In this document: positions 1-9,773 of the stretch, in pieces
Layout: every line of letters begins with the position of its first letter
Numbering within the stretch: position 1 is the stretch's first letter
From: Candidatus Poribacteria bacterium
GTDB taxonomy: Bacteria; Poribacteria; WGA-4E; WGA-3G
Assembly (NCBI GenBank): GCA_965214095.1
Contig: OZ243938.1
Span: 3,168,001 to 3,232,000 of the forward strand
Direction: 5' to 3'
Length of the DNA stretch: 64,000 bases
Position numbers and translations under genes: made by a program
The notes under the pieces: model-generated
Databases searched by the model: none
Told to the model about the DNA's origin: nothing
Seen by the model: the letters and a program-made list of their open reading frames with translations, nothing else

Positions 1-188
1 TGATTAAAATCGTTCCAGTGTGCATGCAAATCAGATACGATGTAGACCTTGCCGTGGTCTGGTAACACGATAACATGTCCATCACGCGTTAGTTGGTCTG
101 GATATTCTGAAATCTGTTTCGGTTGTGCAGTCACTACCATAGAAAAACAAAATAGAAAAAACGTAATCGGTAAAATGTATATGTTCAT
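1..188 (-). CDS. Secreted calcineurin-like metallophosphoesterase, N-terminal part (runs off window)
   Basis: Manual translation MNIYILPITFFLFCFSMVVTAQ...KVYIVSDLHAHWNDF: signal peptide plus the first DxH metallophosphoesterase motif. Not in the ORF track. Confidence 0.7.
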   Translation of the reverse strand, partial: MNIYILPITFFLFCFSMVVTAQPKQISEYPDQLTRDGHVIVLPDHGKVYIVSDLHAHWNDFN

Positions 189-192
189 AAGT

Positions 193-1110
193 CTACTCTC
201 TGAAAAATGCATCTACTACCTCTTCCTGTTGTGCAAGTTTATTAAGTCGCTTTCGTCTGCGATTCCAAGTGATAAGATAACTGAACAGAAACAGCACAGC
301 AAGACAACCCCAAAAAACATAAGAACTGGAAAGGAGTGATGCCCAATGGTAACGCTTTGGAAGTGATTCACGCCAAAGCATATCAAAAGTTATAAGGTCA
401 TATCCTAATACTGCCTTAAATGCATCGTTGAGGTTCACACCTGTATGGAGTCTGTCAATAATTGACCACAACGGTTCGTTTCCATTGACTTCAACAAACC
501 ATCGGAGCGCATCTTGACTTTGGGCATAAGCCAAATCCGCTCCAGTTGATGAATCCGGGAATTTCTCAGTTAATTCATGAAGTGGCATTACGGATTTTGT
601 AAAGACATTTCTTAATAAAGTTCCGTGTCTGCCAGGTACCCATTCCTTTGAAAAGTGGATAGCAATGCCTTCAACAAACCATAATGGAATACCTTTAACT
701 GCTTTCCGTGTATACTGTCCAAAGAGGACATGTGCAATCTCGTGACGAAGCACTTGTGCCAACTGAAGTTTCGCGACCGCAATTTGTTTCGGATTTTGGA
801 GTATGATGCGGCGACTCAGTGGAAATGCACACCCGACCGCCCAATCCTGAATCGGTGCATGAACTGAGGCTTGAAATGCTTTTTGCGTATCACAAACATA
901 GACTTTTATCGTTTCATCTGAAATGTGACGTGTAATCCTCGGCATCTCTGCATAAAATGTTTCAGCAACCTGTAATAACGAATCTGGATCAATCGTATTT
1001 TTTCTATAATATACACGAAAATGGTCACTATCTGATGATTTCCATGAGGCAGATACGGATAAGGCAGGTAAAACCAATAATAGAAATACAACCTTTATAA
1101 CTTGATTCAT
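193..1110 (-). CDS. Peptidase MA-like (gluzincin) zinc metallopeptidase, membrane-anchored
   Basis: HEIAH motif, downstream WFVEG, N-terminal signal peptide, C-terminal TM helix with basic tail. Start moved to MNQVIK (1110). Confidence 0.75.
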   Translation of the reverse strand: MNQVIKVVFLLLVLPALSVSASWKSSDSDHFRVYYRKNTIDPDSLLQVAETFYAEMPRITRHISDETIKVYVCDTQKAFQASVHAPIQDWAVGCAFPLSRRIILQNPKQIAVAKLQLAQVLRHEIAHVLFGQYTRKAVKGIPLWFVEGIAIHFSKEWVPGRHGTLLRNVFTKSVMPLHELTEKFPDSSTGADLAYAQSQDALRWFVEVNGNEPLWSIIDRLHTGVNLNDAFKAVLGYDLITFDMLWRESLPKRYHWASLLSSSYVFWGCLAVLFLFSYLITWNRRRKRLNKLAQQEEVVDAFFRE

Positions 1111-1117
1111 GGTACGC

Positions 1118-2371
1118 CTATGGTTCCACGACTGTTCCCATAAACAGCACAGTTCCAGTCTCGTTATCACGAATTGCAAAGAAAAATGGTCGATCAACTT
1201 TAAACTCTTGTGGAAGTGATCTTATTCCTATGCCAACGCTGGTGGCTGCCGCTGCTTCCGTTCCTTCTTCGTTAACTTCAATGAAGGTTCTATGTGCGAC
1301 TTTGGTAATATACAAATTGCCACCAACAGCATCTAAATCTGCCATACGACTAAAATCTGCATTATCCTCATCAAAAGCAACACCCATGCCAAGCGATGTC
1401 AAGACATCATTAAGTATCTTAGTTCCATATTCCAATTTGAATTTCGGAATTTTAATCTGCACCTCTCGTTCACGAAACTCTTCCATCCAGTTTTCCCACT
1501 TTTCTGTGTCTACACTTTCTAAAAAACTATTGAGATCTGACTTGTCGTTTGGTAGGAAAATGGACATACCCACCCGTCCTTCACCATACGGAAGGTTAAT
1601 AGCTTGGAAATCATCGCCCTGATATACTGCATATTGTCCAGTCCGAGACATCATCGGAACTTGTTTTGTACTACCGTCAACAAGATGAAATTCTTCGTCG
1701 CGCGTATCTGATGGGTCAAATTCTGTTTGCCACGATCCTTTGAAATAAATCGCATTGATGAGAAACAACACCGCATTCGGTTCAATCTCATCCAAAATCT
1801 TAGGAATCTTACTGTCAGTATTATCGTTAACCCACTGATTAATTGTCTGCAACGTACTTGGATTCAAAAAATCAAGTATTGAGGTATCTGCACTAAAATA
1901 CAACGCATTTCTCTGTAGGAAATCTGTTTTAAACTGAAAACCTTCACGACCCCACAGTGAATTTGCGATTGTGAGTGTCACTTTCGGGTCTGATGTCTGA
2001 AGTGTATTTTGCAGTTGATAGAAACTTGAATTAATTGTATTAGGGCTTAAATCGTGGAGTTGTAACGTGTCAGTCATCGCCTGCTCAGTTTCACCTGATG
2101 CACCATTTAATGTCATGGCAAGTGCAACCGAAACACTGAAAGGAGATATAAAGATATTCTGATTCTGTTCAGTTTCCCATATCGCATTGAACAAGTTAAA
2201 GCCGAATTCAGTGTTTGCAGTGGGAACATTGGAATCAATAGGACCGATAACAGTATCGTCTCCATTTTCCCGTAATGCATCAATCGTTGAATCAAGACAG
2301 CCACTTATCGTTGTCAAAACAAGAATTAGAAAAAATACGGTAATAATTCCAAGAGTCTTTTTGCTGTTCAT
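1118..2371 (-). CDS. Serpin, lipoprotein, predicted P1 = Arg
   Basis: NIFISPFS, INAIYFKGSW, hinge EEGTEAAAAT, FKVDRPFFF; lipobox ISGC; GGAG RBS before MNSKK. Confidence 0.93.
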   Translation of the reverse strand: MNSKKTLGIITVFFLILVLTTISGCLDSTIDALRENGDDTVIGPIDSNVPTANTEFGFNLFNAIWETEQNQNIFISPFSVSVALAMTLNGASGETEQAMTDTLQLHDLSPNTINSSFYQLQNTLQTSDPKVTLTIANSLWGREGFQFKTDFLQRNALYFSADTSILDFLNPSTLQTINQWVNDNTDSKIPKILDEIEPNAVLFLINAIYFKGSWQTEFDPSDTRDEEFHLVDGSTKQVPMMSRTGQYAVYQGDDFQAINLPYGEGRVGMSIFLPNDKSDLNSFLESVDTEKWENWMEEFREREVQIKIPKFKLEYGTKILNDVLTSLGMGVAFDEDNADFSRMADLDAVGGNLYITKVAHRTFIEVNEEGTEAAAATSVGIGIRSLPQEFKVDRPFFFAIRDNETGTVLFMGTVVEP

Positions 2372-2432
2372 CGTTTTCTCCACCATAATATGTTTGTTGT
2401 ATCTATTTATATTCACCAAAGTGCCGTTCAAA

Positions 2433-3677
2433 TTATTCCAATGGATCAACAACTGTTCCCATAAACAAAACTGACCCAGTTTCATTATCACGGATAGCAA
2501 AGAAAAATGGACGGTCTGCGATAAATTGTGGTGGAAGGGATGTAACTGCAATGCCAATATTCGTCACTGCTGCTGCTTCAGTTCCTTCTTCGTTGACTTC
2601 AACGACTGCTTTATGATCAACTCTTGAGATATATAAATCACTATCAGATGACATTCGACTAAAATCTGCCTGATTCTTGTCAAATGCTACCTCCATACCA
2701 AGTGCTTTTAACACATCACTAAGATCAGCGCGATATTCCAATTTGAATTTCGGTATTTGAACCCATATCTTCTGTTCGCGAAGTTCTGGAATCCAATTTT
2801 CCCAACTTTCTGTATTCAAACTATCCAAGAATGTGTCAAGGTCGGAATCAGCGGATGGTAGGAAGATATACATACCGATCTTACCATCACCATAAGGAAG
2901 ACTGACCGCTTGGAAATCCTTACTGTAATAGAATGGATACTTTCCCTCTCTAACCATCATTGGAACTTGTTTTGTTGTGCCATCAGACAGGTGGAAGTCG
3001 CTATCCCGTGTTTTTGTAGGATCAAATTCTGTTTGCCACGATCCTTTAAAATAGATCGCATTAATCAAAAAGAGAACTTCATCCGAGGATATTTCCTTAA
3101 GAATTTCAGTAATCTCTCCGTTCGTGTTGTCATTCACCCATTGATTTATCGTATCAACAGAATTTGGGTCAGTAAAATCAAGCGGAGAGATTTCTGCGTC
3201 AAAGTATTGTGAATTGCTGTTAAGAAAATCTGGATTGAATGAAAAATCTTGATCAGACCAGAGAGAGTTTGCTATTGTAAGCGTCACTTTCGGATCAGTC
3301 GTTTGAAGCGTTTGCTGTAGGAGTGCGTAATTCGGGTTAATCATTTCTGTTTCTATGTCTTGGAGTTGTAGTGTATCAACCATTCCAGTTTCTGTTTCTC
3401 CCGCTGCTCCGTTTAAAGTCATTGCCAAAGCAACAGAAACACTAAATGGTGAGATGAATATATTCTTATCTTGCTCAGATTTCCGGATTTCGTGAAATAA
3501 GTTAATTCCAAAATCTGTGTTCGCTTCAACAACATTTGGATCAATAATCTCTATCAGAATTTCCATTTTGTCAATTTCTTCAACGTATTCACAACCCAAG
3601 CTGCTGAATAACACCATAATGCATAACAAATAGAAACTACATATCTCACAAAATGTGTGATTTCTTGTTTTCTTCAT
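2433..3677 (-). CDS. Serpin, lipoprotein, predicted P1 = Thr
   Basis: Same serpin motifs; hinge EEGTEAAAVT; lipobox SLGC; AAGGA RBS before MKKTRN. Confidence 0.93.
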   Translation of the reverse strand: MKKTRNHTFCEICSFYLLCIMVLFSSLGCEYVEEIDKMEILIEIIDPNVVEANTDFGINLFHEIRKSEQDKNIFISPFSVSVALAMTLNGAAGETETGMVDTLQLQDIETEMINPNYALLQQTLQTTDPKVTLTIANSLWSDQDFSFNPDFLNSNSQYFDAEISPLDFTDPNSVDTINQWVNDNTNGEITEILKEISSDEVLFLINAIYFKGSWQTEFDPTKTRDSDFHLSDGTTKQVPMMVREGKYPFYYSKDFQAVSLPYGDGKIGMYIFLPSADSDLDTFLDSLNTESWENWIPELREQKIWVQIPKFKLEYRADLSDVLKALGMEVAFDKNQADFSRMSSDSDLYISRVDHKAVVEVNEEGTEAAAVTNIGIAVTSLPPQFIADRPFFFAIRDNETGSVLFMGTVVDPLE

Positions 3678-3690
3678 ATTATCCTTTATA

Positions 3691-4656
3691 TTATTTATAT
3701 AGATGTGCAACATATTCGCCATACCCGTTATAAATCCGAGTTGGGTATGATACACCTCTTGTAGGTATCAACCACTCATTGGCTTGTGACCAACGCGGAT
3801 GCGGCACATTGGGATTCACATTTGCCTCAAAACCGTATTCTCTCGGCAGTATATCGTTCCAGAAAGTTCTCGGTTTTTTGTCGGTGAATTCTATGCTTAC
3901 AATGGATTTTATACTTTTGAAACCGTATTTCCACGGTACAATCAACCGAATAGGTGCACCGTGCTGTGGTGGAAGAATGTGTCCGTAAATGCCGACAACC
4001 AACATTGTCATATCATTCATAGCTTCCGCAAGCGTCAATCCTTCAACATAGGGCCACGGCAGACGACCGTTGTTTTGTTGGAAAGCTACATCAGGATCCA
4101 TAAAAGTGGTCATTCGCACATATTTTGCTTCATTTTTCGGTTGAACCTTCTCAAGGAGTGCCTTCATTGGAAAGCCTATCCACGGCACTACCATTGCCCA
4201 CGTTTCTACGCACCGAAAGCGATAGATACGTTCTTCAAGTGGCATCTGTTTGATCAAATCGTCTATGTCTACTTTCATCGGGTTTTCAACGAGACCAGAT
4301 ATTTCAATCTCCCACGGACGCGTTTTAAACCTTTCTACCAATTTCCAAATATTAGTTTTGCTACTTGAGAACTCATAGAAGTTATTGTAAGTCGCAGCGA
4401 TCATTTCTTCAGTTTGTGGACGAGTGACGGTAAATGCTTCGTTTTTCTTATGTTCAAGTTGCTGTTCACGATAAGGTTTTAGTTGTTTCTCCATCTTGCT
4501 ATCTTGCGCACAAGCGGTTGAACTAAATAGTGATATTGCCCCCGCACCTGCTATGCCAAGATCTTTGATAAACTTCCTACGATTTATATAGACCGATTCA
4601 GGAGTCACTTGGTTTTCAGGAATCTCCCATCCTTTGGGTATTTTTATGTTTGCCAT
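3691..4656 (-). CDS. msrP: Protein-methionine-sulfoxide reductase catalytic subunit MsrP (YedY)
   Basis: Tat signal RRKFIK; TYNNFYEF, YRFRCVE, GAPIRLIVPWKYGFKSIKSI, NVNPNVPHPRWSQA. Confidence 0.93.
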   Translation of the reverse strand: MANIKIPKGWEIPENQVTPESVYINRRKFIKDLGIAGAGAISLFSSTACAQDSKMEKQLKPYREQQLEHKKNEAFTVTRPQTEEMIAATYNNFYEFSSSKTNIWKLVERFKTRPWEIEISGLVENPMKVDIDDLIKQMPLEERIYRFRCVETWAMVVPWIGFPMKALLEKVQPKNEAKYVRMTTFMDPDVAFQQNNGRLPWPYVEGLTLAEAMNDMTMLVVGIYGHILPPQHGAPIRLIVPWKYGFKSIKSIVSIEFTDKKPRTFWNDILPREYGFEANVNPNVPHPRWSQANEWLIPTRGVSYPTRIYNGYGEYVAHLYK

Positions 4657-4929
4657 CGGAATCTCCTATCTATTAGTGTTCTTTTCTTTTCTGTCCGTAA
4701 TTACATCAATTTAAGGTTTTCGTTTCGTATTCAAATTATACAGACTTAATGCTTGAAGTGCAATCCTTTTTATAATTGTCACCAACAATAATCGGAGAAA
4801 AAATCCTCGTTCAGACAATTACTTCATCATATTTAACGACTGTATCAAAAAAAGTTGACATTACCTCATTTATACACATCACCCACAAGGCTCTATCTTG
4901 CACACATAGTGTTCTGTCTACACTATTCT

Positions 4930-5013
4930 TGTAGGTCGGGTAGAGGAACGAAACCCGACATGCAGCCATTTATCATCAATAAAGTCGGGTTTCGTGCCTC
5001 TACCCGACCTACA
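4930..5013. repeat. REP-like inverted doublet with GTAG ends
   Basis: GTAGGTCGGGTAGAGGAACGAAACCCGAC and a near-exact reverse complement about 24 bp downstream. Confidence 0.7.
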
Positions 5014-5389
5014 ATGTAAAAGTGGACAGTCTAATAGTCCATAAAATCATCCATACAATTAATCTGCATGCATTTTTTGCGTCATTTAACATACAAAAAT
5101 TGTAGCTTGGTCTTATCTTTAACACTATTCCGTCAAATTCCCATGCTTTAACTTGCGCGATGTAGACGGAACCAAGCACTTTATTTATCATAAATCTTGT
5201 AATCAACAGTATTATGAATGTCAGTCAGATGATCACAAATGGTTGTATTGTCAATGGCAGCAGCATCCCACATTCTGTGCAATAACCTCGGACATGTATC
5301 ACACAGGCAGGTATCCATCCTGGGTATCTGCCTTTTCTTTAATCAATAACATACTATCTGTGATAAGAACGTAGGAAATTACAATTTTC

Positions 5390-5419
5390 TTGCAACTATT
5401 CTGAATTAAGGTGTATAAT
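5390..5419 (+). promoter_or_regulatory. Sigma70-type promoter of the 5478-9661 operon
   Basis: TTGCAA-18 bp-TATAAT. Confidence 0.55.
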
Positions 5420-5477
5420 AACCATAGAATGTCAATTCATCTCAGACTGTTGACGTAATATTTGGAGCAAATAAGCA

Positions 5478-5909
5478 ATGTTTCTAAAAAATCGGTATTT
5501 ACAGATTTTTCTAATCGCTTTAGTCTGTGTGCATTTTGTATGTCCACTCTTCTGTGCAGCTTATGCACAGAATCTGTGTAGTAACATGCAGATTGAACGT
5601 GCTGATACTGATTCATCCTGTTGCAGTAAAGTCAAAACAACAGATGCCACAAACGACAGTAATACACCTTCTGAGAATGGTACTGCTTGCTGCTTAACGG
5701 ATTTAGAACTCATCCTTCCAACAGACACGAACAATATTGAAACAATTCGTGAATCGGCAGTACAACATCCCATAGCTAAAGTTCAATTATCCACTATTCT
5801 GTTGGTGTCACAAGAACAATTGCTTAATCTCCCAGGTCCTCCCAAACTCCCTGAAGCATTCCTAAACACCGCCATCTCTCACCGCGGTCCTCCGTTAAAC
5901 CGTTCATAA
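5478..5909 (+). CDS. Cys-rich exported leader protein with C-terminal RGPP (DUF2946/CruR-like candidate arrest peptide)
   Basis: Hydrophobic N-terminus with CVHFVCPLFC, two CC pairs, Pro-rich tail ending SHRGPPLNRS. Confidence 0.55.
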   Translation: MFLKNRYLQIFLIALVCVHFVCPLFCAAYAQNLCSNMQIERADTDSSCCSKVKTTDATNDSNTPSENGTACCLTDLELILPTDTNNIETIRESAVQHPIAKVQLSTILLVSQEQLLNLPGPPKLPEAFLNTAISHRGPPLNRS

Positions 5910-6021
5910 ATAGAAATCTATTATCATTATTCATTACATTCTCTGTCTATGTAAACGTTATGAGAATGTGCGCAATAAGAATCACCTATTTATTAACGGA
6001 TCAACATTTGGAGGAATAAAC

Positions 6022-7029
6022 ATGCAATCCCGGAATTCAACCTTTTTCAATTTTCGTTTTGCTATAGCAATAGCAGTAACCTTTCTGTGTGTTATTAACT
6101 TCGGTTTTTCCGAAGAACATGAAAAACATGCAACACATCAAGCAGATAAAACCGCTGAACTAAATGTCAAACTTCACACTGAACCGCAAACAATAAAAGC
6201 TGGAGAGTCCGCGTCTCTCATGTTTCATCTTACCGATGAAAAGGAAGAACCCTTTACCGATTTGATGATACACCATGATCGGACACTCCACGTGTTAATC
6301 GTCAGCGAAAATCTTCAGATCCTTGGACATGTTCATCCAGAAGATTTTGAGTCGCGCGACATGATGGCTGAACTTGAAGGGGTATATACAGTGCACTTTA
6401 CATTTCCTGTTGCTGGCAGATACATTTTAGCACTTGACGTAATGACTGCAGATGCCGAATTTTCCAAACATCTCTATGTAGATGTTGAAGGTGAAAACAA
6501 GATGCAGGAAATAACGCACGACCTTCGCACCGAAAAAGATATATTCGGATACAAAGAGGAAGGTGGAGATCGCTTCACAAAAGCCGTTTCCATTCATGAT
6601 AAAATGGACACATCTCCATATCATGTAAAAATAGAAGTGCCAGAACAAATCAAAGTGGGAGAGATGGTTCATATCAAATATCACTTTATGCGTGATGGAA
6701 AACCAATCAACGATCTGGTCCCATTTTTGGATGCACCGATGCATTTTGCTATCGTAAATACGCATTTAGATGGTATACTACATACGCATGGTACAGTTCC
6801 CATGAATGGAGATTCAGAAAAAATGAAGAATGATCCGCATGCAGCCCATAAGATGAAAAAGTCCACCAAAACAGGTCATCAGCATCAAGGTCCAACACCT
6901 GAGAAATTTGGTCCAACCGTAATGCTCATGACCACATTTAAGAAGCCAGGATATTATCAGATTTTCGGTCAACTCAAGCATAAAGATCAGATTCTGTTTC
7001 CCACTTTCATGGTCAAGGTTGAGAAGTGA
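6022..7029 (+). CDS. Secreted His/Met-rich metal-binding protein with two repeated domains
   Basis: GGAGG RBS; signal peptide; HHDRTLHVLIV..GHVHP and PMHFAIV..LHTHG; His-rich linkers. Confidence 0.6.
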   Translation: MQSRNSTFFNFRFAIAIAVTFLCVINFGFSEEHEKHATHQADKTAELNVKLHTEPQTIKAGESASLMFHLTDEKEEPFTDLMIHHDRTLHVLIVSENLQILGHVHPEDFESRDMMAELEGVYTVHFTFPVAGRYILALDVMTADAEFSKHLYVDVEGENKMQEITHDLRTEKDIFGYKEEGGDRFTKAVSIHDKMDTSPYHVKIEVPEQIKVGEMVHIKYHFMRDGKPINDLVPFLDAPMHFAIVNTHLDGILHTHGTVPMNGDSEKMKNDPHAAHKMKKSTKTGHQHQGPTPEKFGPTVMLMTTFKKPGYYQIFGQLKHKDQILFPTFMVKVEK

Positions 7030-7046
7030 GACAATTCCTGTCAATC

Positions 7047-7078
7047 TGTTAGGATGGTTTGCTAAACCCATCCTAACA
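7047..7078. promoter_or_regulatory. Intergenic hairpin
   Basis: TGTTAGGATGG...CCATCCTAACA 11-bp stem, no U-tract. Confidence 0.4.
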
Positions 7079-7106
7079 CTTACGTTACTATATTAAGGAG
7101 AAAAAG

Positions 7107-8084
7107 ATGTTATTCCAAAATATCCGTTCCAAACTATCAGGCATTCTGATTGTATTAGTTTTATTGTTATCGTTTACACCACTGTTTAGTATCGCACATG
7201 AAACCGAATGGCCTGGAGAGAAACTTGCAGCTATCTTTCCAAAAGCAAAGAAATTCGTTCAACGAAATGCAGTCCTCACACCAGAAAAAGTCAAATCAAT
7301 TGAGAAAGAACTCGGTTCAAAACTTCGCAAAGAGGATCAAAAACCTGTTTTCTATATCCCAATAAACGAGCAAAAGAAACCTATGGGATTGGTGCTGTTC
7401 GTTGATGTGAAAGGACCGCGCGGTGTTATTGACGGTGCTGTCGGACTCAATATGAAAGGCAAAGTGGTCAAAGTAGCAATCTATGAACACAAGGAAACCG
7501 ATGCCATTACATCAGAGAAGTTCCTCAAGCAGTTCGTCGATAAAGGAATAGATGACGATTTTGAAGTAGGCAAGGATATTGAAGCCATAAAAGGTCGAGA
7601 TGATGCGACAAAGGCGGTTATACTCATTCCGAGAAAGACTCTCTTGATGAGTTACGCGCTCTTCCTCAAACGCAAACCTAAAACGGATGTGGAAAAGACA
7701 CCGCAACCTGAAGAGGTTCCGGAAGAGTTGCCTGAAGTTGAAGACCTTAAGGAACTCATGATCATGATGGTAGACGAATACTTTGTGATTGTGGACTACT
7801 TTGACGAAAAAGAGGAGAAAGCAGATGCTGTTGCATCAGCCAAAAAACTCGCTACTTACACCAAAGCAATTTCCCAATTTGAACCACCGAAGAACGCTGA
7901 CCAGACAGAAGAATATGCTGAGATGCAAGATAAATTCAGCAAAACGTTAAAAGAATTTGCTGAAGCGATTGATAAAAATGGAATAACAGATGAGACACGC
8001 AAACAGTGGGATGCTATTGATGCGTTAATCAAACAAGCACATATCCGATTTAGCGAAGAAGATATTGACCTTGAGTCCTATTAA
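7107..8084 (+). CDS. Secreted FMN-binding-like domain fused to a cytochrome b562/c'-like helical domain
   Basis: VKGPRGVI..AVGL..GKVVKV..YEHKE..FLKQF..GKDIEAI pattern resembles FMN_bind. The C-terminal helical domain has Met near its start and His near its end. Confidence 0.5.
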   Translation: MLFQNIRSKLSGILIVLVLLLSFTPLFSIAHETEWPGEKLAAIFPKAKKFVQRNAVLTPEKVKSIEKELGSKLRKEDQKPVFYIPINEQKKPMGLVLFVDVKGPRGVIDGAVGLNMKGKVVKVAIYEHKETDAITSEKFLKQFVDKGIDDDFEVGKDIEAIKGRDDATKAVILIPRKTLLMSYALFLKRKPKTDVEKTPQPEEVPEELPEVEDLKELMIMMVDEYFVIVDYFDEKEEKADAVASAKKLATYTKAISQFEPPKNADQTEEYAEMQDKFSKTLKEFAEAIDKNGITDETRKQWDAIDALIKQAHIRFSEEDIDLESY

Positions 8085-8137
8085 TTGTGGTGAATAGAAT
8101 CCACGTGTCAAAATCAACTACATAGAAGGAACTTCCC

Positions 8138-9661
8138 ATGCGAAAAATCATTTTCTTCTTCTCAATCGCTTTCTGCCTAACGATAATCGCTGAACATTCT
8201 TATGCACTTCCTGCCTTCTACAAAATGTTTCGTGCTAAATATGGATGGACAGGGGGTTGTAATGTCTGTCATTTTTCAAAGAAGGGAGGCGATTCTCCAA
8301 ATCCCTACGGCAGAGCATTCCTACACAACGGTATGAATATCTCTACCTTTATCCGTATCGCAGAAGCAGATTCTGATAGAGATGGATACAGCAATGTTGC
8401 GGAAATTTTAGCCCGAGCATACCCAGGAGATGCTGACAGCACGCCTGAAAATGTTGAAACTTCAAACGGTCTCACTGATTCAGATGATACAACTGGAAAT
8501 GATGAGGACATCTTTAGTTTCGATGATGCCGAAGTAACCGAGGATACCGGTTCATCAGATTTTCTTGGTGGTGCGTTCAGTAATTTAGTCTTCGGTGGAG
8601 CATTGGATATACGGAGAATAACACACGGTAAAGATCTGATACCCGATAGGAGTAATTGGAATTCTGGCACCACACTCATACATGTTGCTGAGTTTGTGTT
8701 AACAACGAATGTCGGTGACCATGTTAGCGTATTAGGTGAGCAGCTGCTAACCACTTCTCCGTTAGGCACACAAGTCGCGGATGATCACGGATTCGTCTAC
8801 GCCATCCTAACAGGATTACCCGTTTTGCCGAAGGGGTCATCTCTGAAAATCGGTCGATTTCGACACGGTTTCGGCATAGATACTAAATCAGACGCAGCAG
8901 CAAATCCACTTTACAATCTGATTCGGAAAAACATCGGTTTCATCTCAGACCGTGGTATGCAACTCAACGGTTTCGTAGGTCCAGTGTCGTACACTCTCTC
9001 ACTTGCGGATGGACCAGATTCACTCCGAACTGTTACAGAAGGAACCGTTAATACAGGCATCCGAATCGGTCCACACGGCAGCGGGGGAGGTGTCCTGAAA
9101 CCGATACAAAATAACAGTCCACCTTTGTTTCTACATCTAAACGGGACTTTTCCGGTCTTCGGTAAACGTATTTGGCTTGGAACATCCTATTTTGATGGTA
9201 ATAGTTATCCGTTCAATTCCACAAACGGTGATGTCAACCCGTCAACGTTGATATACAAACGGCGCGTCGGTATTGCGACAAGCTTCAGGTTGTGGCGTTT
9301 TGATCTTGCAGCTGAATGGGTGCGTGGAAGAGATACTCAACTCCTAAAGTATTTACATATTCCGATTCCAGCAGTGGATCGCAATGCAAATGTGGAGGGG
9401 TTCTATTTTCATGCTGAATTACCTTTGACTGACTCTTTAGATGTTCGCTTGAAATATGATATTTGGAATCCCGATATAGATAATTATCAGACGTTTACCT
9501 TCAATAGGGAACAAGATGAACAGGTTTGGACAACACTCGGCGGAGCACTATCTTGGCATTTTGCAGAAGGTGCTTTAGCGCGTCTTGTCTATCAAATCAA
9601 CAACATTGAAAAACCGACACGAAGTGCGTCAATTGTTCCGCAGCTACTGGTTGAATTTTGA
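8138..9661 (+). CDS. Monoheme cytochrome c fused to an outer-membrane beta-barrel (Cyc2-like architecture)
   Basis: Signal peptide; ALPAF..RAKYG..CNVCH; NPYGRAF; DSDRDG Ca-binding loop; amphipathic strands; terminal Phe. Confidence 0.6.
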   Translation: MRKIIFFFSIAFCLTIIAEHSYALPAFYKMFRAKYGWTGGCNVCHFSKKGGDSPNPYGRAFLHNGMNISTFIRIAEADSDRDGYSNVAEILARAYPGDADSTPENVETSNGLTDSDDTTGNDEDIFSFDDAEVTEDTGSSDFLGGAFSNLVFGGALDIRRITHGKDLIPDRSNWNSGTTLIHVAEFVLTTNVGDHVSVLGEQLLTTSPLGTQVADDHGFVYAILTGLPVLPKGSSLKIGRFRHGFGIDTKSDAAANPLYNLIRKNIGFISDRGMQLNGFVGPVSYTLSLADGPDSLRTVTEGTVNTGIRIGPHGSGGGVLKPIQNNSPPLFLHLNGTFPVFGKRIWLGTSYFDGNSYPFNSTNGDVNPSTLIYKRRVGIATSFRLWRFDLAAEWVRGRDTQLLKYLHIPIPAVDRNANVEGFYFHAELPLTDSLDVRLKYDIWNPDIDNYQTFTFNREQDEQVWTTLGGALSWHFAEGALARLVYQINNIEKPTRSASIVPQLLVEF

Positions 9662-9715
9662 GGATATGATCATCTAATGGTGAAACCTAAAAATAAAAAG
9701 ACACTTTCCACCCAT

Positions 9716-9740
9716 GGTAGGCGAGGTTTCCTAACCTCGC
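9716..9740. repeat. REP hairpin GGTAGGCGAGGTTTCCTAACCTCGC
   Basis: Identical copy at about 60845-60869; related to the hairpins at 11998-12069 and 33072-33139. Confidence 0.75.
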
Positions 9741-9773
9741 TGGTGCAAAGTGTCCAATTAATTCTAATGCCTA

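Noticed and set aside
1118-3755. Long overlapping N-terminal extensions of the serpin and peptidase ORFs in the track
   Set aside because: Downstream ATGs have RBSs and signal peptides and remove the overlaps.
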